Of a stretch of DNA of 64,000 nucleotides, positions 18,488 to 27,522 are shown in pieces (position 1 is the stretch's first letter; each line of letters begins with the position of its first letter). Both the position numbers and the translations under genes were made by a program. The notes below the pieces were generated by a model. It had not been told where the DNA came from. It did not search any database and saw only the letters and a list, made by a program, of their open reading frames with translations. Source of the stretch: Bacteroidota bacterium (GTDB lineage Bacteria; Bacteroidota; Bacteroidia; Bacteroidales; VadinHA17); the NCBI GenBank assembly GCA_029547705.1, contig JAKPOU010000020.1, forward strand, positions 26,351 through 90,350, written 5' to 3'.

Positions 18488-20227
18488 ATGAATGTTTTTT
18501 TGAGATTTTCCATTCTGGCCCTGATGTGCTGCTTCCTTTCAGTCAGTACAGGGGCTCAGGGCAGGTACGGGGATCACAGAGTGATGACCCGTACAGTTGA
18601 AGCACTGGCAAAGGAATATCCCTCCCTTTGTTCTGTAAAGCCTCTAGGCAAAAGTGCGGGAGGGAAGGAACTGGTGGTAATCACAATAGGAACGGGCGAC
18701 AGGGACAATAAGCCTGGAATAGCCGTTCTCGGAGGCATCGAGGGAAGTCACGTGCTCGGAAGGGAACTCGCTGCCGGCTTTGCCGGATACCTTCTGAAAA
18801 ATTCAGGATCCCCGGAAATACAAAACCTTCTCGGGAAAATCACCTTCTACGTGATTCCGGATGTCAGCCCTGATGCTTCCGGGCAGTTCTTCAGCGACCT
18901 GAAATACGAAAGAAACGTCAATGATACGCCTGTTGATGATGACAGGGATTTCGTCACCAACGAGGATCCCCTTGAGGATCTGAACAACGACGGACTGATT
19001 ACACTGATGAGAGTCAGCGATCCGGCCGGGAAATATATGAAGAGCCCTGACGATGAAAGAATAATGGTTGAAGCAGATTTTTCAAAGGGGGAAACAGGAT
19101 CTTATCTTGTCTTTCCGGAAGGCATCGACAACGACGGGGACGGTCTCTTCAATGAAGACGGACCCGGCGGTGTGAACTTCAACAGGAACCTGACATACAA
19201 CTACGAAGCTTTTGGCGCCGGAGCAGGAGCTCATCCTGTATCGGAACCGGAATCCATTGCTGTCCTGGATTTCCTTTTTGACCATTTCAATATCTATGCC
19301 ACCATGGCATTCGGACCCCAGGACAACCTCAGCCAGCCGGCAAAACCTGCCGGCGGACGTCAGGCCGCAGCCCAGCCGGCGGAACAGGGATATATTCCCG
19401 GCGGACAGGGTCAGTTTCAGTTCCCGGGGGCATTCCCCATGCAGGGACCACCCCCCGGACCGCAATCAATGAGAATGATGACCGGACAGGCCAGGAAAAT
19501 AACCAGTGTTCTGAGCCAGGATGAAACCATCATTAAGCTGGTGTCGGAAAAATACCGGAATATAACCGGCGTTAACGGTTCACCCGCCGCAACGCTTCCC
19601 CCGGGAAATTTCATGGAATGGTCATATTACCATTATGGCAGATACAGCTTCAGTACACCGGCTTGGTGGTTCCCGGCTGAACCCGGGAAAAATCCCGGTG
19701 TGGCATTCCTGAAATTTGCTGAAGAAAACAATATGGAAAATGTTTTCGTTCCATGGACGGAAATAAAACACCCCGGTTTCCCCGGTAAAAAAGTAGAGGT
19801 GGGAGGAATAAAACCGTTTGTAACAATCAATCCTCCGGAAGACAGGCTTCAGGATCTTATTGAGAAGAATTCGCGCTTCATTGTTGAAATGGCCGCAATG
19901 CATCCAGAACTGCAATTCCTTGATATGAAGGTGGAAAACCAGGGTGAAAACATATTCAGGATTTCCCTTAAAGTGCATAATAAAGGTATTTTTGCCACCT
20001 GTGCCGCTGCCGGTGAAAGAAATGTGTTCACACGACTGATGCGGATCAGCGTTGAAACAAACGGAAAACAGAAATTCCTCAGCGGACAGAAAGTCCAGAC
20101 AATCAAAAGGCTTGAAGGCGGGGAATCGGCTGAATACAGCTGGCTCATAATGGGAAAAGGAACTGTAAAAATCACTGCCGGAGCTGTTAATACCGGTATT
20201 ATAACAACAACTGCCGAACTTAAATAA
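18488..20227 (+). CDS. M14 carboxypeptidase-like protein, probably catalytically degenerate
   Basis: M14 scaffold (GKSAGGKEL, YVIPDVSPD, NFNRN, SEPES) with DxDxDG loops, but GIEGSH at the HxxE site, no second His and no catalytic Glu. Confidence 0.8.
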   Translation: MNVFLRFSILALMCCFLSVSTGAQGRYGDHRVMTRTVEALAKEYPSLCSVKPLGKSAGGKELVVITIGTGDRDNKPGIAVLGGIEGSHVLGRELAAGFAGYLLKNSGSPEIQNLLGKITFYVIPDVSPDASGQFFSDLKYERNVNDTPVDDDRDFVTNEDPLEDLNNDGLITLMRVSDPAGKYMKSPDDERIMVEADFSKGETGSYLVFPEGIDNDGDGLFNEDGPGGVNFNRNLTYNYEAFGAGAGAHPVSEPESIAVLDFLFDHFNIYATMAFGPQDNLSQPAKPAGGRQAAAQPAEQGYIPGGQGQFQFPGAFPMQGPPPGPQSMRMMTGQARKITSVLSQDETIIKLVSEKYRNITGVNGSPAATLPPGNFMEWSYYHYGRYSFSTPAWWFPAEPGKNPGVAFLKFAEENNMENVFVPWTEIKHPGFPGKKVEVGGIKPFVTINPPEDRLQDLIEKNSRFIVEMAAMHPELQFLDMKVENQGENIFRISLKVHNKGIFATCAAAGERNVFTRLMRISVETNGKQKFLSGQKVQTIKRLEGGESAEYSWLIMGKGTVKITAGAVNTGIITTTAELK

Positions 20228-20299
20228 CTATCAGTTCAACTTGCTGATCAGTCTGATACAGATTCATTGACTGATTGCTCAAAAATAAAATACAACGAG

Positions 20300-22021
20300 A
20301 TGAAAAAAATAGCTTTAACCACATTATTCCTGTCACTGCTAATACTCCTTCCCGATAAAGTTCTTGCCCAGAACGAGGCACTCTTTATCTCAGCGGCAGG
20401 AACACCTTCAGCTCCCAGAGTTCCCATGGTCTGGAATAAATACTATACCAACGCCGGAATCACCGATTTCTGCAGGAAACTTGAAAAAGCTTTCCCGGGC
20501 CTGGTCAGCCTGAGCTCAGCAGGTAAATCATACCAGGGACGCGATATATATGTACTGACAATATCCGATAAAAAGAGCGGAAATCCGGATCATAAGCCGG
20601 GATTCTGGATTGACGGCAATATCCATTCAATTGAACTCCAGGGAAGTGAAATGGCCATGTATACAGCATGGTACCTCTGCGAAATGTTCGACCAGAATGA
20701 TTTCATAAACCAGTTGCTGAAAGACAAGACATTCTATATAGCACCAAGTATCAACCCGGATGGCAGGGATTATTTTGCAAATATCGGCGTTCCTCCCAGA
20801 TCAGGACTTATCCCCTTTGACAATGACCGGGATGGCCTGTTTGATGAAGACGGACCGGATGATCTGAACGGTGACAAGAATATTAGCCAGATGAGACGCA
20901 GGAATCCCGATGGTGCATACAAGGCCGATCCCAAGGATCCGCGCAGGATGATACGCGTTGAACCGGGCGAAAAGGGCGAGTATGATCTTCTTGGAATGGA
21001 GGGTATTGACAATGATGGAGACGGACAGATCAATGAAGACGGACCCGGGGGATATGACGGCAACCGCGACTGGGGCTTCAACTGGGAGCCAAATTACGTT
21101 CAGAGCGGGGCCCATAAGTATCCTTTCTCACAGCCGGAAAACCGGGCGGTAAGGGATTTTGTCTCCAGCCACAGGAATATAACGGCTGCACAGTCATTCC
21201 ACAATACAGGAGGCATGATCCTCAGGGGACCTTCAATACAGAACGGCGGTGCTGAAGCCTACAGCCGGTCCGATGATGCCGCCATCGAAGCCATAGGAAA
21301 GAAAGGGGAAAAGATCCTCCCCGGATATTCACTTCTTACAATCTGGAAAGACCTGTATTCCGTATATGGCGGTGAAATTGACTGGTTTCACGGGGCAATG
21401 GGATGTTTTGTCTATTCAAACGAACTGTGGAACAGCTATATGATGTTTTATGACAGGGAAAACACCGATTCCTATGAATTCGACAAACTGCTTTTGTTTG
21501 AAGACGGATTCATTCCCTGGCAGAAAGTGAATCATCCTGTTTACGGAGAAGTGGAAGTAGGCGGGTTCAGCAAGATGTTCGGACGGCTGCACCCCGGATT
21601 CATGCTTGAAACGGATGCACACCGGAATGCTGCATTCTGCCTTTATAACGCATATGAAACACCCAAACTGGAAATCTCGAACCTGAAAGTAACAAAGACT
21701 GAAGGCGGTCTCAGGGAAATAACAGCCTCAATAACCAACACCCGGATGATACCAACGCATTCAGCATCAAACCTGAAATTTAAAATTGATCCCCCGGTTT
21801 ATGCCTTTCTTGACGGAGGAACGGTTGTTGCGGGCATGATAGTGGAAAATGCCGACCTTAATATTACCAGCGAACAGAAAAGGAATCCTCAGAGGATAGA
21901 AATACCCAATATCGCAGGATACCAGAAAGTTGATGTGAAATGGATAGTTAAAGGCGGCAGTAAATACACGGTAAGGGTTGAAAGTGTCAAGGGCGGAAGG
22001 GCCTCGGCACAGATAGAATAA
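20300..22021 (+). CDS. M14 zinc carboxypeptidase, exported
   Basis: GNIHSIE (HxxE), INPDG, GNRD, SFHNTGG, SNELW; DxDxDG loops; signal peptide from ATG 20300. Confidence 0.9.
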   Translation: MKKIALTTLFLSLLILLPDKVLAQNEALFISAAGTPSAPRVPMVWNKYYTNAGITDFCRKLEKAFPGLVSLSSAGKSYQGRDIYVLTISDKKSGNPDHKPGFWIDGNIHSIELQGSEMAMYTAWYLCEMFDQNDFINQLLKDKTFYIAPSINPDGRDYFANIGVPPRSGLIPFDNDRDGLFDEDGPDDLNGDKNISQMRRRNPDGAYKADPKDPRRMIRVEPGEKGEYDLLGMEGIDNDGDGQINEDGPGGYDGNRDWGFNWEPNYVQSGAHKYPFSQPENRAVRDFVSSHRNITAAQSFHNTGGMILRGPSIQNGGAEAYSRSDDAAIEAIGKKGEKILPGYSLLTIWKDLYSVYGGEIDWFHGAMGCFVYSNELWNSYMMFYDRENTDSYEFDKLLLFEDGFIPWQKVNHPVYGEVEVGGFSKMFGRLHPGFMLETDAHRNAAFCLYNAYETPKLEISNLKVTKTEGGLREITASITNTRMIPTHSASNLKFKIDPPVYAFLDGGTVVAGMIVENADLNITSEQKRNPQRIEIPNIAGYQKVDVKWIVKGGSKYTVRVESVKGGRASAQIE

Positions 22022-22032
22022 ACCGCCTTCCT

Positions 22033-22704
22033 TCAGCTTACCTGGAAGAAAATTTTGAAATAACCGGTCGTTTTTGATGATTTTATACTGAACTTCCAGG
22101 CACCGGTCTTATCCTGATTCTCAGTATCGGAAATATTGAGTGATTTTCTCCAGTTAAGATTGCCATACTGATCAATAACGATTTCGGAAAAGGTCCTGCC
22201 GTTTGGCATAATGACCTTTATTCTGATTTCACCTTCCTTGCAGTCGCCGCTGACCGACATGATGACTGATTTTGCAGAAGGCTCCACATCGAAAATATAT
22301 TCACGGGAATAAGACGATCCCTTTATCGATTTGGAGATATCCCAGGTACTCTTTTCAGAATTTCCGTTCGGCCACCATCTGTACAGATCACCCGGGCCCG
22401 GCCACATGAACGGATCACCGAAGGGCCTTGTCTTCCCCTGTTCCTTTAAATCCTCCATGGCTTTCTCAAATTCTTCCCTGGCCCGCTTCCTTGATTCAAA
22501 ATCAGCTTTCTGCCTCTCCACCTCCGCCTTCTGCCTCTCCATCTCCGCCTTCTGCCTCTCAATCATAATTTTTTTCTGCTCCCTTATGGCTTCCTGCATC
22601 TCCCTTTCCTTCTCCTCCTTTGTCTTTTCCTGGGCATTCAGCGGCAGCATCTGACAAAAAGCTGCCAAAAGAATTATTCCCAGTATTATTCCCGATTTTT
22701 TCAT
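22033..22704 (-). CDS. Hypothetical exported protein with charged coiled coil and beta-rich C-terminal domain
   Basis: Signal peptide ending LNA-Q; E/K/R-rich helix with ERQKA x3; alternating beta-strand pattern at the C-terminus. Confidence 0.8.
   Translation of the reverse strand: MKKSGIILGIILLAAFCQMLPLNAQEKTKEEKEREMQEAIREQKKIMIERQKAEMERQKAEVERQKADFESRKRAREEFEKAMEDLKEQGKTRPFGDPFMWPGPGDLYRWWPNGNSEKSTWDISKSIKGSSYSREYIFDVEPSAKSVIMSVSGDCKEGEIRIKVIMPNGRTFSEIVIDQYGNLNWRKSLNISDTENQDKTGAWKFSIKSSKTTGYFKIFFQVS
22508..22560. repeat. 21-bp in-frame tandem repeat (~2.5 copies, ERQKAE(M/V))
   Basis: ttctgcctctccacctccgcc / ttctgcctctccatctccgcc / ttctgcctctc. Confidence 0.85.
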
Positions 22705-22748
22705 GGCAGTATCTTTTTTAATTATTGTCTCTTTAATTATTTTCAGTT

Positions 22749-22756
22749 CAAAGATA
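22749..22756 (-). promoter_or_regulatory. -7 promoter box of the 22033-22704 gene
   Basis: TATCTTTG on minus strand. Confidence 0.65.
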
Positions 22757-22778
22757 ATACCGTTTACAGCCCCGCTTT

Positions 22779-22806
22779 GTTAATACGGAGTTAATGCAGG
22801 GTTAAT
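22779..22806. promoter_or_regulatory. Triple direct repeat GTTAAT, 11-bp period; candidate OmpR/PhoB-type binding site
   Basis: GTTAAT at 22779, 22790 and 22801, between divergent genes and next to a two-component pair. Confidence 0.7.
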
Positions 22807-22866
22807 GTGAGGATCAGGGGATAGTGATCTTAAGAAAATTCAATACATTTGATAAACAAACTGCAG

Positions 22867-24279
22867 ATGATGAAAAAAAGGAATACCATACTCCTTCTCG
22901 GCATAACAGCGATAGCAATCCTGATCATCGCCCAGATAATCATCATACGGGGAATCCTGAAGCAGAATCATGAAATGCTTTACCTCCGGTACAGGCTGCT
23001 TTCCCAGGAAGCCCTTGTATCCCTGAGGCGGCAGTATAAGGTGGATGTTTACGATACCGTCCGTTTTATTCTGGATGAGTATTCCAGGGAAGTGGCGGCT
23101 GAACTGCCGCTGATAAGGGACGAAGCGGAAATGAATAGAAAAAAAGGTGAAATACTGGATTATTTCACAATGACACTCAACCAGGAAGAATACCTTTCTG
23201 ACTACCTCTCCGCGTACTTTGAAAGAATGGGAGTGGAAAAGGATTTTACCTCCCGAATAGAAATCCGGAATCTTGAAATCATCAGCACGGATACATTTCC
23301 CATCATCAGGACCTTCAGCTTTTTTGGAAAACAACCGCCTGAACAGACCGGAGGAGGAAAAACTGCAGCCCGGACGGATATATCTCCTGCCGCAGGATCC
23401 AGACTGCTCGTTGAACGCAGGGGACTTGAAGACAATTATTACTCCCTCTTTTTTGAATTCTTCATTGATTTCTCGGATAAGCGGAAAATGGTGCTTCAGG
23501 CTTCTTCCGCATCACTTGCCATGAGCCTGTTCAGCCTGGTCATAGTGGTTGCCATATTCATGCTTACCTATAAAAACCTGATGGAGGAAAAAAGACTGTC
23601 AGACCTCAAAACAGACTTTATAAACAACATGACCCATGAGCTCAAAACGCCCCTGGCTACAATAACCGTTGCAGGAAAGACCCTGGAAATGGAAAGGATA
23701 AGACAGGATGATGCAAAGGTTCTGGAAACGGCAAAACTGATAGGTAAACAAAGCGTACATCTGAACCAGCTGATAAACATGATACTCGAAATATCAATGT
23801 GGGAAAGAACCGAATTCCAGCTCGACAAAAAGAAGGCAGTCATTGAGGAAGTAATGAACGATATCGTTTACAGCTTCAGAATCGGACCCGGCAACTCAGC
23901 CACAATTACCCAGAATTACAGCTTTAACGGACTGGAAGCGGATATCGACCTTGTCTATTTTATCACAATGATCAACAACCTCCTGTCCAACGCGGTCAAA
24001 TATTCGGCCAGGGATCCGGTTATAAATATTGAAGGCTTTGCCGAAAACGGAAAAATATTTGTCAGGATAGCTGATAACGGCATAGGAATAAGCAAATCGG
24101 ACCAGAAACATATTTTTGAAAAATTTTACCGTACATCATCAGGCAATATTCACAAATATAAGGGACTGGGACTAGGGCTTTACTATGTGAAAAAAATTGC
24201 CGCCGCCCACGGGGGTGATGTTACGGTTAGCAGCAAACCCGGAAAAGGCAGTATCTTTACAGTAACAATTCCTTATTAA
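22867..24279 (+). CDS. Sensor histidine kinase (RprX-like)
   Basis: Two TM helices; H-box NNMTHELKTP; N-box NLLSNAVKY; DNGIGI; GLGLGL. Confidence 0.95.
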   Translation: MMKKRNTILLLGITAIAILIIAQIIIIRGILKQNHEMLYLRYRLLSQEALVSLRRQYKVDVYDTVRFILDEYSREVAAELPLIRDEAEMNRKKGEILDYFTMTLNQEEYLSDYLSAYFERMGVEKDFTSRIEIRNLEIISTDTFPIIRTFSFFGKQPPEQTGGGKTAARTDISPAAGSRLLVERRGLEDNYYSLFFEFFIDFSDKRKMVLQASSASLAMSLFSLVIVVAIFMLTYKNLMEEKRLSDLKTDFINNMTHELKTPLATITVAGKTLEMERIRQDDAKVLETAKLIGKQSVHLNQLINMILEISMWERTEFQLDKKKAVIEEVMNDIVYSFRIGPGNSATITQNYSFNGLEADIDLVYFITMINNLLSNAVKYSARDPVINIEGFAENGKIFVRIADNGIGISKSDQKHIFEKFYRTSSGNIHKYKGLGLGLYYVKKIAAAHGGDVTVSSKPGKGSIFTVTIPY

Positions 24280-24295
24280 ACCACAGAGAGGCATT

Positions 24296-24973
24296 ATGAA
24301 AGTTTTACTAGCGGAAGATGACAGGGATTTTGGCAATATCCTTGCACAGTACATAACCATGAATGGCTTTGAGGTCAGCCTGGCACGCGACGGCAGGGAA
24401 GCATGGGAAGCATTCACAAAAGACAGGCCGGATATATGCGTAATCGATGTGATGATGCCGGAAATGGACGGATTTACCCTGGGAGAAAAAATTAAGGAAG
24501 CCAAACCCGAAATCCCCTTTATTTACCTGACAGCAAAAAGCCTTAAGGAAGATATTATAAAAGGACTGAAAATAGGCGCCGACGATTACATCACGAAACC
24601 ATTCGACCCTGAAGTCCTCATTCTGAGAATCAAAAATATCCTCAAACGATCATATTCGTCATCCACGGATGAATTCAGGATATCTGACACAGTCCTTAAA
24701 TTCAATACCCTCGAACTGCAGTCGGGAAAATATACGGAGAAACTGACCCTCAAGGAGGCACAGCTTCTTAAGTATCTGATAGTAAATAAGAACAAAATCC
24801 TGGCACGGGAAGAAATCCTTACTGAAATATGGGGTGAAGATGATTATTTCCTTGGCCGGAGCATGGATGTGTTCATAAGCAGACTCCGGAAATATATCTC
24901 GGATGATAAGAACATCGATATCCGGACGGTAAGGGGAACGGGATTCATCCTTGAAGAAGTGGAAAGGGAATAA
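24296..24973 (+). CDS. OmpR-family response regulator (RprY-like)
   Basis: AEDD, DVMMPEMDG, GADDYITKPF; winged helix GRSMDVFISRLRK, TVRGTGF. Confidence 0.96.
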   Translation: MKVLLAEDDRDFGNILAQYITMNGFEVSLARDGREAWEAFTKDRPDICVIDVMMPEMDGFTLGEKIKEAKPEIPFIYLTAKSLKEDIIKGLKIGADDYITKPFDPEVLILRIKNILKRSYSSSTDEFRISDTVLKFNTLELQSGKYTEKLTLKEAQLLKYLIVNKNKILAREEILTEIWGEDDYFLGRSMDVFISRLRKYISDDKNIDIRTVRGTGFILEEVERE

Positions 24974-25120
24974 GCTTTGCCATTCCTGCTTTTTCAGGCT
25001 TTTCACCGTAATATTTCCTGCTGATTTCCCGGACTTCCTGCCGTGCCCTTGCCCGGTCCCGTGCAGGAGAACCTTCCTCCATACCATGTCTGCCCCCGGC
25101 CGGAGCGGATTCTCTTTTTC

Positions 25121-26221
25121 CTATCTCCTTCCCAGAAGCTCGCTGACCTTGTTTCTCAGATCATTGCCCCTGAGATTGCGGGCAATTATTGTGCCTGTCT
25201 CGTCAAGCAGGAAATTTGCAGGAATGGAACTTACCGCATACAATTGTGCAGCAGCGCTGTTCCAGAACTGGAGATCGGATACATGCGTCCAGGTCAGCTT
25301 GTCATCGGCTATTGCCTTAACCCAGTCGTCCCTTGACTGGTCAAGTGATACGGCAAAAATATCAAAGCCTCTGTTCTTGAATTCATTATAGGTCTTTACT
25401 ATATTGGGGTTCTCCTGGCGACAGGGTCCGCACCATGCGGCCCAGAAATCAACAAGCAGGAGCTTTGATCCAATCTTGGAGGAAAGGGAAACCGGGTTCC
25501 CGTTAACGTCATTCAGTGTGAAATCGGGTGCCTTCTGCCCTATGGCAACTTTCTTCATTGCCTCAACCCTTGCCTTCAGTTCCCGAACCATCGGGATCCT
25601 GGCAACACTGGTATCCATGCTGTTGATGACAGCTTCTATTTCCGAGGCTTCCATTTCATAACTCAGGCTTCTGAGTATGGAAGGAGTTACATATGAAGAA
25701 GGATTGTTAACGATGAATTCCTTCTGGAGACTGTTCATGTCTTTTGCAATTACATCTGCCTCCTTCTCTATCCTGGAGATCTCTGCAGTATCATTTACCT
25801 GGCGGGCAACCTGGTATTTCTGTACCAGATCGGAATATTTCTCACTCAGCGGCCTTGTTGATTCTATAAGAGAATTGTATTCATCCTGAGTTTTTGATCC
25901 TGAAACCTTTGCATTGAAAAGGGAATCAAGCGTCCCGGTAATTGTGATATTTGAATTCTCGAGGTAAAAGGACGTGCGGTACGGGGTGTTAAGAGCCACA
26001 AGCTGGACAAGATCAGGATATTCAATCACTCCCTTCATCTTAAACGAACCTTTTTTCACAACCGCTGAATCAAGATTCACAATCTGTCCGTCTGCTCTTT
26101 TCTGAAGTACCAGGGTAACACTGTCAGCACCGGCCAGCTTTCCTCTGATGACAAACTGGGGGCCGGAAGTACAGGCAGAGAGAACTGCTGCCAGAACGGA
26201 TAAAAAGATAATTTTCTTCAT
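25121..26221 (-). CDS. TlpA-like thiol-disulfide oxidoreductase lipoprotein with DUF4369-type N-terminus
   Basis: Lipobox VLSAC from ATG 26221; DFWAAWCGPCRQE; SIPANFLLD. Confidence 0.9.
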   Translation of the reverse strand: MKKIIFLSVLAAVLSACTSGPQFVIRGKLAGADSVTLVLQKRADGQIVNLDSAVVKKGSFKMKGVIEYPDLVQLVALNTPYRTSFYLENSNITITGTLDSLFNAKVSGSKTQDEYNSLIESTRPLSEKYSDLVQKYQVARQVNDTAEISRIEKEADVIAKDMNSLQKEFIVNNPSSYVTPSILRSLSYEMEASEIEAVINSMDTSVARIPMVRELKARVEAMKKVAIGQKAPDFTLNDVNGNPVSLSSKIGSKLLLVDFWAAWCGPCRQENPNIVKTYNEFKNRGFDIFAVSLDQSRDDWVKAIADDKLTWTHVSDLQFWNSAAAQLYAVSSIPANFLLDETGTIIARNLRGNDLRNKVSELLGRR

Positions 26222-26266
26222 TATGCTAAATGTATTAAGTATCAGATTTTTAATCTTTAAATCGCG

Positions 26267-26274
26267 CAAAGATA
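26267..26274 (-). promoter_or_regulatory. -7 promoter box of the TlpA-like gene
   Basis: TATCTTTG on minus strand; supports start at 26221. Confidence 0.65.
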
Positions 26275-26285
26275 CAAAATATTGT

Positions 26286-27425
26286 TTAGCGGCAATGTAT
26301 TTTCTGATATTTCTCAATAAGGCTCAGGGCAGCTTTATTGGAACTTATTCTGCCTTCCAGGAGCTCCTTCTCCAACAGGAGCTTCAAAGCACGGATCTCA
26401 TCGTTGCTGTAAAATGAATTATTCAGATATTCCGCAATTGTTTCATTCATCATCATTACAGACTGCAGCTTGCGTTTTTCCGTGAAAAAACCGTTTTCGC
26501 CGGTAAGTGCCACATATTTCCGTATAACATCCCACAATTCCCTTATTCCCGTATTCTCCCGCACTGAGCAGCTCAGAGCCACAGGTTTCCACCCCGAGGG
26601 ATCGGCGGGAAAAAGTGAGAGGACATTACGGTACATGCGGACCGCATGCTCAGCCCGGCTCCTGTTGGATCCGTCGGCTTTGGTGACGGCAACTGCATCA
26701 GCCATTTCCATTATGCCCCTTTTCATGCCCTGCAATTCGTCCCCGGCACCTGCAAGCACAAGCAGAAGAAAGAAATCAACCATGGAATGCACTGCCGTTT
26801 CAGACTGACCCACACCGACAGTCTCCACCAGTATGGTATCAAATCCGGCTGCCTCGCAGAGGATAATTGCCTCACGTGTCTTCCGTGCAACTCCCCCGGC
26901 ACTTCCTGCGGCAGGAGACGGCCGGATAAAAGCATCCGGACTGGTGCCGAGCTTTTCCATCCTTGTCTTGTCTCCCAGGATGCTGCCCCGGGAAGTGCTG
27001 CTGCTCGGGTCAACAGCCAGAACCGCCACCTTACGGCCCTCCGAAACAAGATGCAGGCCCAGGGCCTCAATGAACGAACTCTTGCCGGCTCCGGGCACGC
27101 CCGTTATCCCGACCCTGACCGATTTTCCGCTGAATGGAAGGCAGCTTTCAACCAGGTCACGCATCATGCCGGCATGCTCCGGAAGGGAACTCTCGACCAG
27201 CGTTATGGCCTGGCTCAGGATGGTCCTGCTGCCTTTCAATATACCATCAAGGTATTCTGCGGCGGAATACTGCTTTCTCTTCCTCCTGCTGCCTCCGGCA
27301 ACCGCCGGATTAACACCCGCGGGGTATTCTGTTCCAGCCTTTATCCTGAGACGGCTGCCCGACTGTTCTCCGTCTGGCCTTTTTCCGTCTGGCTTTTCTC
27401 CGACTGACTTATCTCCTCCTGCCAT
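26286..27425 (-). CDS. meaB: Methylmalonyl-CoA mutase-associated GTPase MeaB/ArgK
   Basis: GITGVPGAGKS, ILGDKTRM, ETVGVGQSE, GDELQGMKRG. Confidence 0.93.
   Translation of the reverse strand: MAGGDKSVGEKPDGKRPDGEQSGSRLRIKAGTEYPAGVNPAVAGGSRRKRKQYSAAEYLDGILKGSRTILSQAITLVESSLPEHAGMMRDLVESCLPFSGKSVRVGITGVPGAGKSSFIEALGLHLVSEGRKVAVLAVDPSSSTSRGSILGDKTRMEKLGTSPDAFIRPSPAAGSAGGVARKTREAIILCEAAGFDTILVETVGVGQSETAVHSMVDFFLLLVLAGAGDELQGMKRGIMEMADAVAVTKADGSNRSRAEHAVRMYRNVLSLFPADPSGWKPVALSCSVRENTGIRELWDVIRKYVALTGENGFFTEKRKLQSVMMMNETIAEYLNNSFYSNDEIRALKLLLEKELLEGRISSNKAALSLIEKYQKIHCR
27366..27410. repeat. 15-bp in-frame tandem repeat (3 imperfect copies) in the meaB N-terminal extension
   Basis: ttctccgtctggcct / ttttccgtctggctt / ttctccgactgactt. 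Confidence 0.75.
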
Positions 27426-27456
27426 ACTGAACGGTTTTTATAGCTGTAAAAACAGT

Positions 27457-27489
27457 AAAAGGGTGCCGTTATCTCATACAGCACCCTTT
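27457..27489 (-). terminator. Intrinsic terminator-like hairpin after the DUF1573 gene
   Basis: Minus strand AAAGGGTGCTGT-loop-ACGGCACCCTTTT. Confidence 0.6.
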
Positions 27490-27522
27490 CAGGGTTAAAC
27501 ATCAGATCACGGGATCTGCATA

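Noticed and set aside
20228-20299. Weak ATCAGTC...GACTGAT hairpin between the two M14 genes
   Set aside because: Short stem and no U-tract; at most an mRNA stability element.
24974-25120. GC-rich intergenic fillers (also 36083-36183, 53102-53190, 59460-59541) as a REP/MITE family
   Set aside because: No shared sequence beyond short CCGG/TTCCTG words that are common throughout; no terminal inverted repeats or target duplications.
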